Program-made: the position numbers and the translations under genes | Notes under the pieces: model-generated | Databases searched by the model: none | Told to the model about the DNA's origin: nothing | What the model saw: only the letters and a program-made list of their open reading frames with translations | In this document: in pieces, positions 14,349-27,514 of the stretch | Layout of the letters: every line of letters begins with the position of its first letter | Numbering within the stretch: the stretch's first letter is position 1 | Assembly (NCBI GenBank): GCA_040954595.2 | Contig: CM082589.2 | Coordinates: 6,321,186-6,385,185 of the forward strand | Direction: 5' to 3' | Source of the DNA: Balanoglossus misakiensis | Lineage: Eukaryota > Animalia > Hemichordata | Length of the DNA: 64,000 bases

Positions 14349-15821
14349 GTATAGGGCAAAACTGTATTAACCGCCATCTTGAAAACCGCATTGCATTGTG
14401 GGACGACTGGGGGGGAGTACCTGAAGACCCATAGCATTGTAATGTAGACATCTACCGAGACACTCTATTCCTCCAAACGTTTTTTTCCCGACAAACTCTC
14501 AGATTTCAGTTCTAATAGCCGTCTTCTGTTCTGAAAAGTATTATTATTATCGTCGAGCCGTTCCAGAAGATTTTTGAGGATCCAACAATAGCGGGTGTTG
14601 CCATTATTCATTGGTATTAAGTGCTGTTGCTATGTGTTTGACAAATTCGTTTCTGAATACGTTCAAGTAGAATTTTCGTGGCACACTTACAATAACTGTA
14701 AAATAACTAAAAATAACAAACTTTCCATAAAGTATGACCAGAAGCTGATGCTGATTACTTGGCTCGGATTACAGATGAACATGCCACGCCCCCTTTTAAA
14801 AAAACCCTGTCCAAACCGCTCTGAAACATGCACAAAAATGAAAAGAATTTTTTGCATTAACTTTTGATTAGCAAGAAGTTTTTCTTTCAAATCTGTTTTT
14901 TATTGTTTTGTTATGTAAACCAGTAAGTGAATGTGGAGATGGAAGAAAAAAAGCGTGAACGGCTTCATTATAATGCAAGCCAAGCTGTGATAATAGTAAG
15001 GCCAGCCATGAAAGCGTCCTTTCAAGATTTTCGTGACACCGACGTAGAATTTCAACACATAATGGAGATCATTGCAATCGTTTTTTGGTCTAATTTGTTT
15101 TATTTTCGTCTAATAAGACTTAGTGAAATTAGTCTTTGAAAGGACGCTTTCATGGCTGGCCTTAATTTTCACTGTGACAGCTTGGCTTGCATTATAATGA
15201 AGCCGTTCACGCTTTTTTTCTTCCATCTCCACATTCACTTACTGGTTTACATAACAAAACAAAAAAAAAACAGATTTGAAAGAGAAACTTCTTGCTAATC
15301 AAAATTTAATGCAAAAAATTCTTTTCATTTTTGTGCATGTTTCAGAGCGGTTTGGACATTTTTTTGAAAAGGGGGCGTGGCATGTTCATCTGTAATCTGA
15401 GCCAAGTAATCAGCATCAGCTTCTGGTCATACTTTTAAATAACATAAAGTTTGTTATTTTTAGTTATTTTACAGTTATTGTAATTGTGTCACGAAAATTC
15501 TACTTGGACGTATTCAGAAACGAATTTGTCAAACACATAGCAACAGCACTTAATACCAATGAATAATGGCAACACCCGCTATTGTTGGATCCTCAAAAAT
15601 CTTCTGGAACGGCTCGACGATGATAATAATACTTTTCAGAACAGAAGACGGCTATTAGAACTGAAATCTGAGAGTTTGTCGGGAAAAAAACGTTTGGAGG
15701 AATAGAGTGTCTCGGTAGATGTCTACATTACAATGCTATGGGTCTTCAGGTACTCCCCCCCAGTCGTCCCACAATGCAATGCGGTTTTCAAGATGGCGGT
15801 TAATACAGTTTTGCCCTATAC
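14349..15821. mobile_element. Foldback-type non-autonomous DNA transposon, about 1.47 kb, with about 680 bp inverted arms
   Basis: About 14349-15025 is the near-exact reverse complement of about 15135-15821 (gtatagggcaaaactgtattaaccgccatcttg... / ...caagatggcggttaatacagttttgccctatac), with an about 110 bp spacer. Termini read TATA|GGGC...GCCC|TATA. No transposase ORF. Confidence 0.85.
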
Positions 15822-18800
15822 CATAAGCCTCGAAAAGAAGTTTTACACTTTTTCTCGTATTTTGCCTATTGTCTTTAAAATTGAGGAATAAAAATTGAAT
15901 TTGGCTGTGAGAGCAAAATTGTCTCAAATTTGAAATTCAAAGTGGTCGCCAATCTCTGTGTTTACTCAAGGAAGAAAATTAAAATTAACAATTCCTTGTA
16001 AAAACGAGTCGGTCAATCTCGTTTTCCAAAAGACTCCTGACACACTTATAATACTAGTACAGCAAAGAGTTGTAGTGTCCGAGGGAACATCATTTTTTCT
16101 GAGAACTGCCCCGAGGCGCATAATGGACTTTAAATCCCGGTTCACATGAACGCGAATGTAGCAGGGGGTTCGAAGAGAAAGAGCCAATCCCGCAACCTGA
16201 TTTTAATCACATCGCCTTGACAACAACAGAAAGCGACAGGTATTTTCGCATCACCATTTCGCGGAAATGTGTAATGTATCCCGCAAGTAACTCCAGCAGC
16301 TTATAAGTGAAATTGCTTCGGGTGTTTAATACTACGAGTCGGTGTACTGCAGATCGATTTTATCAAACTCTATCATGCTGACACACATATATACATGTTG
16401 TGGCCTTTCCAAATGAGGGCGGTAGGCCAAGGGCAATTGCTAAAATCAGAATTTACATAATTATGACGATTCATTGTCTGCATCAATTAACTGCATTGCT
16501 TGATTTTGAATATTAAACGTGTCAGTAACGAATTCAATTAAAACGTTTTATGCCTGTCACGTGACTCGATCAGTCGTTACTTCTTTGCCTTCATGAAAAC
16601 GGCCTTTCCAATCATCGATCTGACCTTATGAAGTAGGGTCACGGCGTTCGACCGAATAAACATGATTAGTTTAATATACCACTGCATAGACAAACCAAAC
16701 ATGCTGAGGTACACTGTCACACACTATGATCAGATTTTCATTTCACTGATTTTTGAGGTTCATTGCCATTCTTGTTCAGTCTCCTACCTGCCTATTAGCA
16801 CATTCTGGTTGATATGGGCTAAGGAACATATAGAATGGGTGTGATTGTTTTGACCTTTTGCGAAGGAAATATATTCCTTCGTAAACTGTCGTACCGGCTG
16901 GAGCCCTCCGCCTACGCTGACTTGACAATAGAGTACTAGTCAATGTTGAACGTTCATTCTTTTGAATTATATAAATTAGTGAATTACCGCAATTCTCGAG
17001 AAACGTTCTTATTCATAAAGCTCATTTTTCTCAGAAACGTATTCAGCGAGTTCGACATTTTTTAAAAACAAAACGGCTGTATTTCGCACTTACAACGAAT
17101 GCATGCACAAGCAATATTCGAAGATTCGGCGCCACCAACGGTAGCACCCATGCAATCCACAATATTGGTGAATTTTCCGTTTGTCACGTACAAATTGAAA
17201 TTCGATCTTTTTCCTTTCATGGAGTAGGCCTATTTTCTGGTTCTTGTCACCCGACAGCGATTCAAGAACTGGATTTCAGTTTCTTCAAGAAGGCCCTCCC
17301 CAGGCATATTTTACTGTACACGCAGAAAGATCACGTTTCGTAATAATTACAAACGAAAGCTTCGGTGCATTGCCCCGACGCAGTAGCGAGATCGCGAATA
17401 TAACACACAAAATTGCTTACGAAACGAAGAGCAGCGTTCATAGCCAAATGGAGGTACATGTACATAATAGATACTAGTATCCTCATTTCAATACTATGTC
17501 AATGCAGAAGATAACGCTTTATTAAGCAGTAGAGCCTGTCAACTTTGGAGATTATTAAGCAAGGGCCTGGTTGTACCACAGATAATTAGATTTGTCTGTA
17601 TCCCGAAGACTTGTATGAATATATAGGTATGGCTTGAAGGGAAGTAGTTTTTGAGTGGTATTTGCATCACCAAGGATTCACCGTATCAGGGGCTTTTCGA
17701 ATATGAGGTTTTCAAATCCTATTAGACAGCGCTCAGGGAACCAGTGATATTTCAAGACTTCAAAGCCGCGTTTATAGCTACAGTTGACGAATGGAAAAGA
17801 AAAATCCGTTTCCATCAGCGGAGTTAAGGCTCCTGGAGTCCCAACGGTAATCCAGTTTAGTCTCGTGTCCCTGGATATGCAAGGCTTGGGCAGTATGCTT
17901 ACAGTCACGTATCTTTGCCGTAGAAACCTAGTCGCAATCTGGCACAAACAACAGATTCTGCAGACAACACAAGGGTCATTATGTGGTGACCTAAACGTGA
18001 TTTTCTGTAAAATTTTGGAATGCCATCGCTCTACCTCGCTTCCCAGAACGTTTATTATCTATCTGCGGGGGGGGGGGGGTCGTGTACCACACGGGTTCAA
18101 CGTGACCCATAATTCTCCGTGTATGTCCGGATTGGCCACTTTAATCAAAGCATCAGTACATCAATAGATCAAGGCGATTCTGTAATATGTTCGAAGGCAT
18201 ATTGGTAATCATGGACGATACATAGATTTTTCAAAGCAGACTTTCATCATTTTATTCGATATCCCAGAAGAACAGAAGTTACACTGCTGCAGAAACGAAA
18301 CGATATTCGACAATTGGTTAAATACTCTGAAAATACCTCAAGTATCATTCCTGAACCATTGCAATAAATATAACAAAATATATACACAAAATACACAATA
18401 CAATTGTCACTATATTATCTCGTTAAATATGTCAATACACTAATTCAAACGCCGACAGTGGTATATATACGACTTTCGTTTACAAAGTTTGGCAATTTGC
18501 GATTAGGAGACCAAGGGAACTAAAGTTGATACGCAGAACAAAAACACAGACATAAAGTAGCGTAAGAATACAGCTAATACCACTTGAATGTACTGCCATT
18601 AAAGTAACAGTACTTTATTGGCTATACGGGTGTAAATTTTTGTTTTAGGAAAAGTCAAACATGTTTGGTGAAATTCCACGGAAAATACAGATATTTTAGT
18701 TAATTAAAAAAAATCTGTAACCAACGGGTAAGAAAATGTAAAGTGGTTTTTCGATAAGAACTTTGTAATATTTTTGATCTATGCTATCATGGCCGCATAT

Positions 18801-18868
18801 TCTCAGGCTTCCTAGCTGTATACAGTTGTAGGTTATAAACAAAATAATCATAAAAACATAAAAAAAAC

Positions 18869-18976
<108 letters not shown>

Positions 18977-19016
18977 CGCATTAGCATTAGATCAATAATT
19001 TTGTAAAATATATTTA

Positions 19017-19326
19017 AGCAATAAAACACCCCCAGCCATGGTATACCACGAGATTTTGACCAGTTCACGACATATACGCACGAGCGATAGCGAGTGCGTA
19101 TATGGAGTTTAACTGGTCAAAATCGAGTGGTATACCATGGCTGGGGGTGTTTTATTGCTATTATATTATGCCAGTATATTGAAACTTTGCATAAAACATT
19201 TTAAAAAGGCATTTTCTTTGACTATGATATATGACTGTGGTATATGGCTAATATATCACGGTCACGTGTCGTGTCTCGACCAATCAAATAACGTGATTTA
19301 CACCATCAATATACTGGTATAATATA
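19017..19326. mobile_element. Non-autonomous element built from two adjacent inverted-repeat modules
   Basis: 19017-19159 is an imperfect palindrome (agcaataaaacacccccagccatggtataccac... / ...gtggtataccatggctgggggtgttttattgct). 19162-19326 is bounded by tatattatgccagtatattga / tcaatatactggtataatata. Confidence 0.65.
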
Positions 19327-20616
19327 ATATTAAATGTATCCATGTATCATGCTTGCACGTTAAAATATATCTTTATTCTTTTATCATCATATAACATAAT
19401 TCTATTCTTGTTAGGTAAATATTTGACTGAACTTCAAGGGAGCTACATCATTTGAAAAAAAAGTATATTTCAAACGTTTAAAATCCTATAATGTGCATGT
19501 ATGGATATCCCAGTGTGACGATAGACTATCTTTCAAACGGACAATGTCAATACATGACCTTTCTTGACTGCTCCACAGTACAAGGCAAAATCCGAAATGT
19601 CAAACATATTGACGATATTTTGTACTAGCATGTTACTGTAACGCCTGAAGAAGCTAGGAAATGGTCTCTCGAGATATCTGCCTTGAAAACAGCGAAAATA
19701 TGCACGAGAACATCCGATACAATCTCCTATTCAAATGTCATCGTCTCTCAATCATAAATGTTGATTAGAGACTCTCCGTGCGAATATTCTGCGTGTTGGT
19801 AACGATTTATTGTCACGATCACACAATATAGCTGGTCACGATCAATCAGAAAAGCAATGAGCCTCGGGATGTTTGGGTCACGTGATTTACAATCTGCGCA
19901 TGGCACACCGCAAAATGTGGTCATGCGCAAACGGTCAGGAGTGCAGTGCAACGGCGACATATATTATAGCATCACCGTCGTGTCTACTCGTTCTGTGTTA
20001 CTGTGGTAACATAACACATAGCCTCGAGTTGTTTCCTTCTGAAGTGTACAGAGTACAGCAGTACTAACATTTACAGAGGCTTGAAAAACTTTCACAGTAC
20101 CGTCCTTGGACATGGGTCACTGACCTCTCCGTATTACATGTACTTGAAGTCAATGAGATGACGCACAGAATTGCATGCGTGGGATGATGTTGTAGAAATA
20201 GAAGAAAGCGATTACGCCATGTTAAATTACAGTTAGTGGTCACGGATGCGAGTTCATACCACTGAATTTTACGAGTAAACAACATAGAGCTAGGCAGCCA
20301 TCAGTCACATGCCGTTTCCATAACAACCAGTTATATTAATTCGCCCCTCACCTTTCTTTGCCATCCTTCACTCATCTGATGAAATAATTACACAAAATTG
20401 AAGTGCATTTTATAGACAAGGCATCACGGTGTCGGCAATTAACATTCATGACCCATACAGTCTACTAATCAGGGTATCTAAAACGCGGCTACGCAGGGAG
20501 TATTTTAACTTCTTGGCAATTTAACTATCACAGCGAACACTACTCGTTATTAAGGTAAATGTCAATTAACTTCTCTTCTCTTGTTGTACATAAATCGCTG
20601 TTGATTCACTCTGTAT

Positions 20617-20806
20617 ACTTCATAAAGTCTTGGCTATCTAGGCTGACTTGCTGTTTTATGTGCTCGAATATTGCCTACGTCACAGCAGTGAGGTCATCTT
20701 AGCAAAGTCTATAGTACTTCATAAAGACGTGGGTGTTTAGCTGACGTGCTGTTTCATGTGCACGAATACTGGCCACGTCACAGCAGGGAGGTCATGTAGT
20801 TAAGTC
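20617..20806. repeat. Diverged tandem duplication, about 100 bp unit, two copies
   Basis: tacttcataaag..ctgac.tgctgttt.atgtgc.cgaata..cgtcacagcag.gaggtcat.tag occurs twice in tandem. Confidence 0.8.
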
Positions 20807-21427
20807 CACTCTAATGGCGCGCATTTGGGAGGCGAGCGAACGACGGAAGAACACTGTGCAAAAGATATGTAGATAGAGGGATAGGTTTAGTCATCTGGGT
20901 AACTGGTAGAAGCCATCCGGCAATCGTATGAAAGACATTTCTGTGAGTGGAGTCGGGTGAGGATACTGTCGTCATCCACAATTCCGTATCGCTCTGAAAT
21001 GCACGGTGTGTTCACCACATTAGGGGTATAGACACATTTAAATGCACAAAGCGTACAGCCAATTTACCCCGTAAATCACACACAGGACATGTATTAATTT
21101 TTCAGTCAAGGCTAAGCAGCTGCCATGTCAGATTAATCCCCAATCAATAACGGAACGGGTTGAAATCCCAGCAGGCATGGTGCAAAATGTCACTCCCGCC
21201 CGCTCTCGTGTACATCTCCCTCAAATTCCTTCAGACAGCAAATGTACTTCAGTTTGCATTGGATAAATGGAACATGTGCAAGGTTTTCCAGCAGGACGAC
21301 GCCTGTACGTGATCCACTCATGTTAACATAAATCCTCTTTCCAGTCCCCATACAACTCCGAGTTAGCTGATCTTATGAATGAATGAATCTGTAACATACT
21401 GTAAACTATAACAATCCCGTCCTACTG

Positions 21428-22325
21428 TCAAATGTTAGATGGGTTCTCTCGGTTGCCGCTGATAAATGGCTCGATCTCAGCATTATTCACAACATCGGCA
21501 TAATCTGGAGGCGGTGCGTCCGAAGGTGGCGCGCCAGAGTAGGCCGTTTCCGCAGAAGCGATGGGGCCATTGAGCGGCGTGGCCGAGTCCTCGAGACCGT
21601 TGTCTGACAATTCGTCCTCGTGCTGCAGCTGTTTTGCCGCCAAGTGTGGTTGGACAGACAGCGGCGGCGGCAGGTCAACTTCGGTCGGGGTCACAGGGTA
21701 CGGCAACTTGGCGGCATTGATAACAATGGTGGGTTGCCCTTCCTTGGAAAAAGTCACGTCCGCAAAATCGCTCTGCGCCGCCTGGTCCTTGTAGACGCTG
21801 CCGTTGGCGCGAGGGTACATGTAGGCTGGCTTGGGCGCGGCTTCCGGCGCGCCCCCAGTCGACAGACGGGAACAGGAAGTGGTTTCCTCTTCGTCCTGTT
21901 CCGGTCCGCCGTGCTTCAGGCTGTGGTAGCCGGGCGTCGATGGGTACGAGTCTCTCCTCTCACTACAGTTTGTCGGTCTGTCCTGCAACTGTATGCTCTC
22001 CTCTCCTTCGCTGACGGCTTTGTACTCCTGTTGTTCTTGAGCTTTCTTCTTCTTAGTTTTGCAACACATGCAGAGGACGATCAGAATGCAACAGCCCACG
22101 CCACCAACGATCAGAGCAATCTCCCAGGGTTCCAAGTGAAGGCCTAAAAAAACATAACAGCAGCAGACAAGCAAATAAGAACATTCTCCATCAGAAAAAT
22201 GTTTCACTCGCTTGTTATATTCTGAAATTTGAAAGCTGTCAAGTGTGGCGAGTAGATTGTGCAAATGTCTTGCAAGAAAATAAAAATTGTGTCCACATAG
22301 GTTAACATGCCTCTCTGTCCCCCTC

Positions 22326-22376
<51 letters not shown>

Positions 22377-22380
22377 GCCT

Positions 22381-22411
<31 letters not shown>

Positions 22412-25400
22412 CCACACATTTACTAGTACCGCTGTTGCATTCACCACTATGGGTTTTTCAAACCGGATTAACTGATATTGCCCTTAGGTATTTTGAGGCA
22501 CATGCGATCAGGGTGATGTTATCCACACCATTTTATATCTGAAATACTAAGTAGCTTCTGCAGAAAATGCTCGGAAAAGCAGATCACTCTGTGATAATTG
22601 TTATGCGGATCTAATTAGACATACATGTTTGCAAACGGTCTAAGCCTTTCAAATTGAATCAAAGCACGCAGCTGTCGTGAGTTTGAAATGTCAGTTTCAC
22701 TGAGGCCCGCCTTTATATGCCATCCGTTCGCTTCTCTCATTTAAAATGGCGTCGTCGGAATCTTTTGATCATTTTTTATATTCGTGATATATGATCAGTC
22801 TGGGTGTGCAAGCTGAAACGTGACAACTAAGTGTCACACCACTTCTAGCTCTTATGTCTCCTCGGGAGAAAAAATATGATGATATCTCCGTTTTGCTATT
22901 TCAGTGATTACTGCGTAGTACATATCGTGCCAAGTAGTCAGAACTACGATCATGGAAGAAGAATTTAACGTATAATTACTTATGAACAGAGGAGTGCCAA
23001 CTGTAATAAGTGTAATAAACATAGCCCTGTATAAATTCAATTATTTGTTGATATTTTTATTCATCTCAAGTAGCTTAAGTACCCCAATCACATCGTTTGG
23101 AAGACAGTCATGTTTGTGTACTTAGCAAAGCCATCAAATCCGCGATGTAGCTGAGTGGCCTTGGCAACGGAGAGCGCTTGCAAAGCGCGGCGGCACATAA
23201 TTCAAAGCACCGAATGGGTACTTGAGAATCGTTTCGCCTCTACATAACAGCGTAATAAGGATTGCAGTAAAACCTTTACAAATACTGTAGGCTGCTCACG
23301 TCTTTGTCGAGGAATAGATTCTAGCAACTCACCCGGAAATAATTGAACTTCAATTTGCCATACCTAGAGCGTCTACTAACAAAATCCTCGTTATGTGTTA
23401 TCCTATCATAGCCCTATATTTGTATACAACCTATGTAGCGAGTGATAAGCGTAGCCATCTAATGCTTAAAACAAGAGTATGTATGTATGCATGCATGCAT
23501 GCATGCATGCATGCATGCATGTATGTATGTATGTGTGTATGTATGTATGTATGTATGTATGTATGTATGTATGTATGTATGTATGTATGTATGTATGTAT
23601 GTATGTATGTATGTATGTATGTATGTATGTATGTATGTATGTATGTATGTATGTATGTATGTATGTATGTATGTATGTATGTATGTATGTATGTATGTAT
23701 GTATCGTATGTATCGTATGTGTGTATGTGTCGTGCATGTATACCAATTTACATGCCTATAAATAAACGCGAATGTCTAATGGTGACATTTACATTACCGC
23801 ACGACCTCACGTCCGCACCTGCAATCATGATAACGCGAAAGTTTAATCTTCGTGTTGTCCTGAGGGAGTGTCCCCACATGAACTGAAAATCAACATGGTG
23901 ACGTTCTTGTCAGAATAGCCTTATCCGTACTGCGTTCTTCCTCCTATAAAACTATGAATATGCCTTAAATAAAATTTAGAGGGCATTTGACGTCATTAAC
24001 CGCCTTTTTCTTGTGTAACTGAAACAATTTCCAGGATGTCACTCAGCCATCAAATTAACGCAAACTTCAGACTTGGTTTCTAGGCAACTCGGTACAGATA
24101 GGAGCACTGTGTTATCGTGAGGTCAGCGTTTGAGATTTTTAAAATTGCAGTGGTTTTTACGTTATCGCAACATGGTCGCCCTGATTCATCAATTGCGCCA
24201 GGGGCCGGGTGTGTACTCGACTGCGTGTAGCGTTCGCTGACGCAATAGGCGCGTCGACTGCAGCGTCACATTTATATGTGATATAGATGTTTCTTCCCCC
24301 GCGTTCCTTTGGGAAGTCTTTTTCGTCTAAATCCCCGTTATCGCGATCGTCTTCCTTTAAATGACTTTTGTTGATAACAAGAGGGCGTGAATTATTCAAG
24401 AGACATTTTTTTCCATAATTCCCGACCGATTGCTACAGTGCAAGGGGAAGGATTCGTGCATGACAAAAACAGTCGTTCGTTCGTTCGCTCATTCATTCAT
24501 TCATTCATTCATTCATTCGTTCGTTCGTTCGTTCGTTCGTTCGTTCGTTCGTTCGTTCGTTCGTTCGTTCGTCCGTTCATTCATTCATTCATTCATTCAT
24601 TCATTCATTCATTCATTCATTCATTCATTCATTCATTCATTCATTCATTCATTCATTCATTCATATAATGTCCAACACCGGAAAACATACGTACAATATC
24701 AGACATAATCACCTTTGACCGTGACTCGTGCAAGCCTCAATGTAGTTCACACAAAAAATGCATTTGTTTACCGTCACGTTTATTTTATGTGCAATACAAG
24801 ATATTTAGTGTTTTTTATTAATAATGTATAATTCAGAGAGATTATCAAATCCTCCCTGGGGAGTCTACATATATCTATGTTTGTTCAACTAAATGATGCA
24901 AATTGTTCCGGTTTAAAAATGTTAGAACTGCATAATGCACACCTATCAAAATATGCAGTTGCTGACTGAAAACACAAACTCAAACCTCCGCATATGTTAC
25001 CACCGGGATTAAAGGTACATAGTCACCTATGTAAATTTAGCCATCGTTACCATGGCGAGATAAGATCTAGCCAATCACAAGTCTTCGCATGCTGGCCACG
25101 TGGAAAAATGTATGTCATCAAAAAGATATATGTAAATGTATGTAAATTAAGGGTGCAAGTAAACCTTTAAGGTCATATCATCTATGTTCTATTATTAAAA
25201 GTGCAAATTAGACTTACCCGCGTTTACAAAGCCCGCGCCACCCGCTCCGCTACTGAAAGTACCAGTGCGTCGAACGCGTTGCCTAAAACGCGTACGCGTG
25301 CCACTGTTCGGCTTTGTAGCTGTAAAGGGAACAACACGTGACGTTTAGCATACAAACACCAAGGAATCGTACACAAGTCAGAACCTTTTGATCACAACAT

Positions 25401-26265
25401 TTGATTTCCCAGTTTGGTTTCGATTAATGCATTGCTGTTTCTCGACTTGGTCGATAGGAGGTAAGGCTGATTTTGATACATCTCACTCGAGAAACTTAAG
25501 GGTCATGTGTAATTAAACCACGCCCATGATTAAACTGACTTATTGCGTTTGACCTCAACCCGCCAAACGAAAGACAGTTCATATTTTATGTGAAAGTGTT
25601 GATGACTTAGATTTTCATATACCGCTACCTAATAACACCCTACAATTATTTAATCCAATTACAAAAAATGAGTTTACAAATACAATGGTATTTGATTTGA
25701 TCACTGTCATTGTTCATTGCTCCAGCTGTATCTAAACTCTGTACATCTGTTTGTAGCTATAAAGATGGCATCCGCCAGGGGCAGGGGGAACCGATAGGAA
25801 ATTGGATAGTGAATATCTACTAGTGACGGCAATAAAATTGTTCAAAAATGAGATTGGTGATACCAAAGAAATGCAAGTTGAAACCGGCAACTCGGCGGTA
25901 ATAAAAGATGCCATCGTGAACTTCAACGCCTAATGGAATTTCATGACGACTAAGATTTTTAATAATATACTTAAAGAAAACCGTAGAAGTATGTAATCAC
26001 CGTTCAATGATTGCCTGGCGTGGGCACGACGACAAGTTGTCTTGATTAGTTAATTGATTCTGAAGTGACATTACTGAGACGGCAATATATGCCAGTAAGC
26101 ACAGTATCTATTCGGGTGGCTGGATCAACTTCAAGATAGAGCCATGTTTTATATAATGACGCAGGAATACTCACCTTCGGATAAGATGCAGTAGGCAAGG
26201 CTGGCGGTCAACCTGAACATTGGGTTATTCACAAGCCTAGCGCGTGGCATGGTGACCAAGCTCAT
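21428..26265 (-). CDS. Gene B: uncharacterised single-pass type I membrane protein (about 302 aa) with a furin-type site, juxtamembrane Cys cluster and PPxY tail
   Basis: Exons 26265-26175 (MSLVTMPRARLVNNPMFRLTASLAYCILSE, donor gtgagt, phase 1), 25319-25218 (ATKPNSGTRTRFRQRVRRTGTFSSGAGGAGFVNA, tttacag/gtaagt, 102 nt) and 22143-21428 (GLHLEPWEIALIVGGVGCCILIVLCMCCKTKKKK...PPPDYADV...PSNI*). The last exon is strong. The first exon is a weaker signal peptide and the choice of start Met is uncertain. Confidence 0.75.
22326..22411. repeat. (TCTG)n and (CT)n microsatellites in a gene B intron
   Basis: Directly visible. Confidence 0.95.
23478..23725. repeat. (ATGC)n/(ATGT)n microsatellite
   Basis: Directly visible. 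Confidence 0.97.
24474..24664. repeat. (TTCG)n/(TTCA)n microsatellite
   Basis: Directly visible. Confidence 0.97.
25009..25170. mobile_element. Kolobok-type MITE
   Basis: TTAA|AGGTAC...AAACCT|TTAA: TTAA target duplication with purine-starting short imperfect TIRs, the known Kolobok signature. Confidence 0.55.
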
Positions 26266-26705
26266 CACACCGTCCACCTCAAGGCAACAGCGGGGAATAT
26301 CTAAGATAAAAACAAGGAAAGGACGAAGCAAAATTAAAGCTACTTCGGCGAGATGAAAGTACCGGTCCGCCGGCACTCTTAACTGCTCCGTTCGGTGAAA
26401 ATACGCAGCACCTCTATACGGTCACCCACTCATCCGTACGTATTTGATGGGGATTCAGCTCATGACAGCTCATCGAACCTCGTTATGCTTGTTATCGTGT
26501 CCGTCTCCCATGGGCCAATAATCCCGAGAACAGTCCAATGTCACCGCAAGGACAATTTACCCTTATGCAAACACATATCGTCACGGTTCAGAAAGGGCCA
26601 TATACTATGAAGGACTATAAAACCCCACATCTCATATGATTTTTTTCTCAGTATGCTCCGCCGGAAAACTGTACACCGAGTCTATAGACGAGATTTCGAA
26701 TGATA

Positions 26706-26884
26706 CGCAAAGTCGAAAAGAGGTCATTTTTTGATGATTTTCATGATCTATAACCCATGATTTTTTTTAATGAAGACAATTTGAAAATTCGCAAAGTCGA
26801 AAAATTGTAATTTTTTGATGATTTTCATGAGCTATATATATATAACCCATGATTTTTTTTTAAATGAAGAAATTTTGAAAATTC
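26706..26884. repeat. Tandem duplication, about 85-95 bp unit, two copies
   Basis: cgcaaagtcgaaaa...ttttttgatgattttcatga...aacccatgattttt...tgaaaattc occurs twice. Confidence 0.8.
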
Positions 26885-27034
26885 TGTTCACCGGAAACTG
26901 ATGTGAACTGGTAAATATGGGCCGAAAGAGTTCATGATGTATATGTACAGTGTTATAACAAGAAACAAGGATACATTGCCGTTCTGATAACAAGAACGAC
27001 CAAACTGTCTTATTGTAACAGACAACCTTATTAA

Positions 27035-27514
27035 ACCAGCGTCGAAGAGCCGTTAATCCCTACTGAGTGTACCTAATGAAATGATTCTCATATTACATTG
27101 ACGGCAGTGTATAGTGAAAGATGAACTAAAGACCTCTGCCGGAAATTTTAATTTGACGCTGTACTTTTCCCTAGCAATAACTTAATTGGTTAATTAACCT
27201 ATGATTGTCTGCAATTTTACAACGTTCAGCACAAAAAAGATCGACAAAAATTATATGTATTGTTGTTCCATCAATTTTTAACTTGTATGGTAAATACCAA
27301 TAACTAAATGTTTAATTAGTCGTAAACATTTCTCAATGCCTTCTTTTCTGCCGATGTCCACGCATCAATCAAAATCCTAACCAGCGTCGAGGAACCGATA
27401 ATCCCTGAATGTGCTTAATGAAATGCTACTCATATTACATTGACAGCAGGAGTATAGAATGAATACACGGTAAACCGCCGCAGGATGCTTTAATTTGTCG
27501 CTGTACATTTCCCT
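27035..27514. repeat. Local dispersed duplication of about 135 bp (about 27035-27172 and about 27380-27514)
   Basis: accagcgtcga.ga.ccg.taatccct...taatgaaatg...ctcatattacattgac...tttaatttg.cgctgtac.tttcccta is present twice. Confidence 0.75.

Noticed and set aside
21428-22447. 339 aa single-exon ORF as given in the track
   Set aside because: The N-terminal part runs through intronic microsatellites; the real exon starts at the acceptor at 22143.
23140-23215. tRNA-like stretch (gtagctgagtgg, hairpin gcgc-ttgcaaa-gcgc with a GCA loop)
   Set aside because: The acceptor stem and T-arm do not pair and spacing is wrong. At most a decayed SINE head.
23333-23430. Possible extra exon of gene B (donor gtgagt at 23332)
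   Set aside because: The acceptors examined gave stops or broke the frame.
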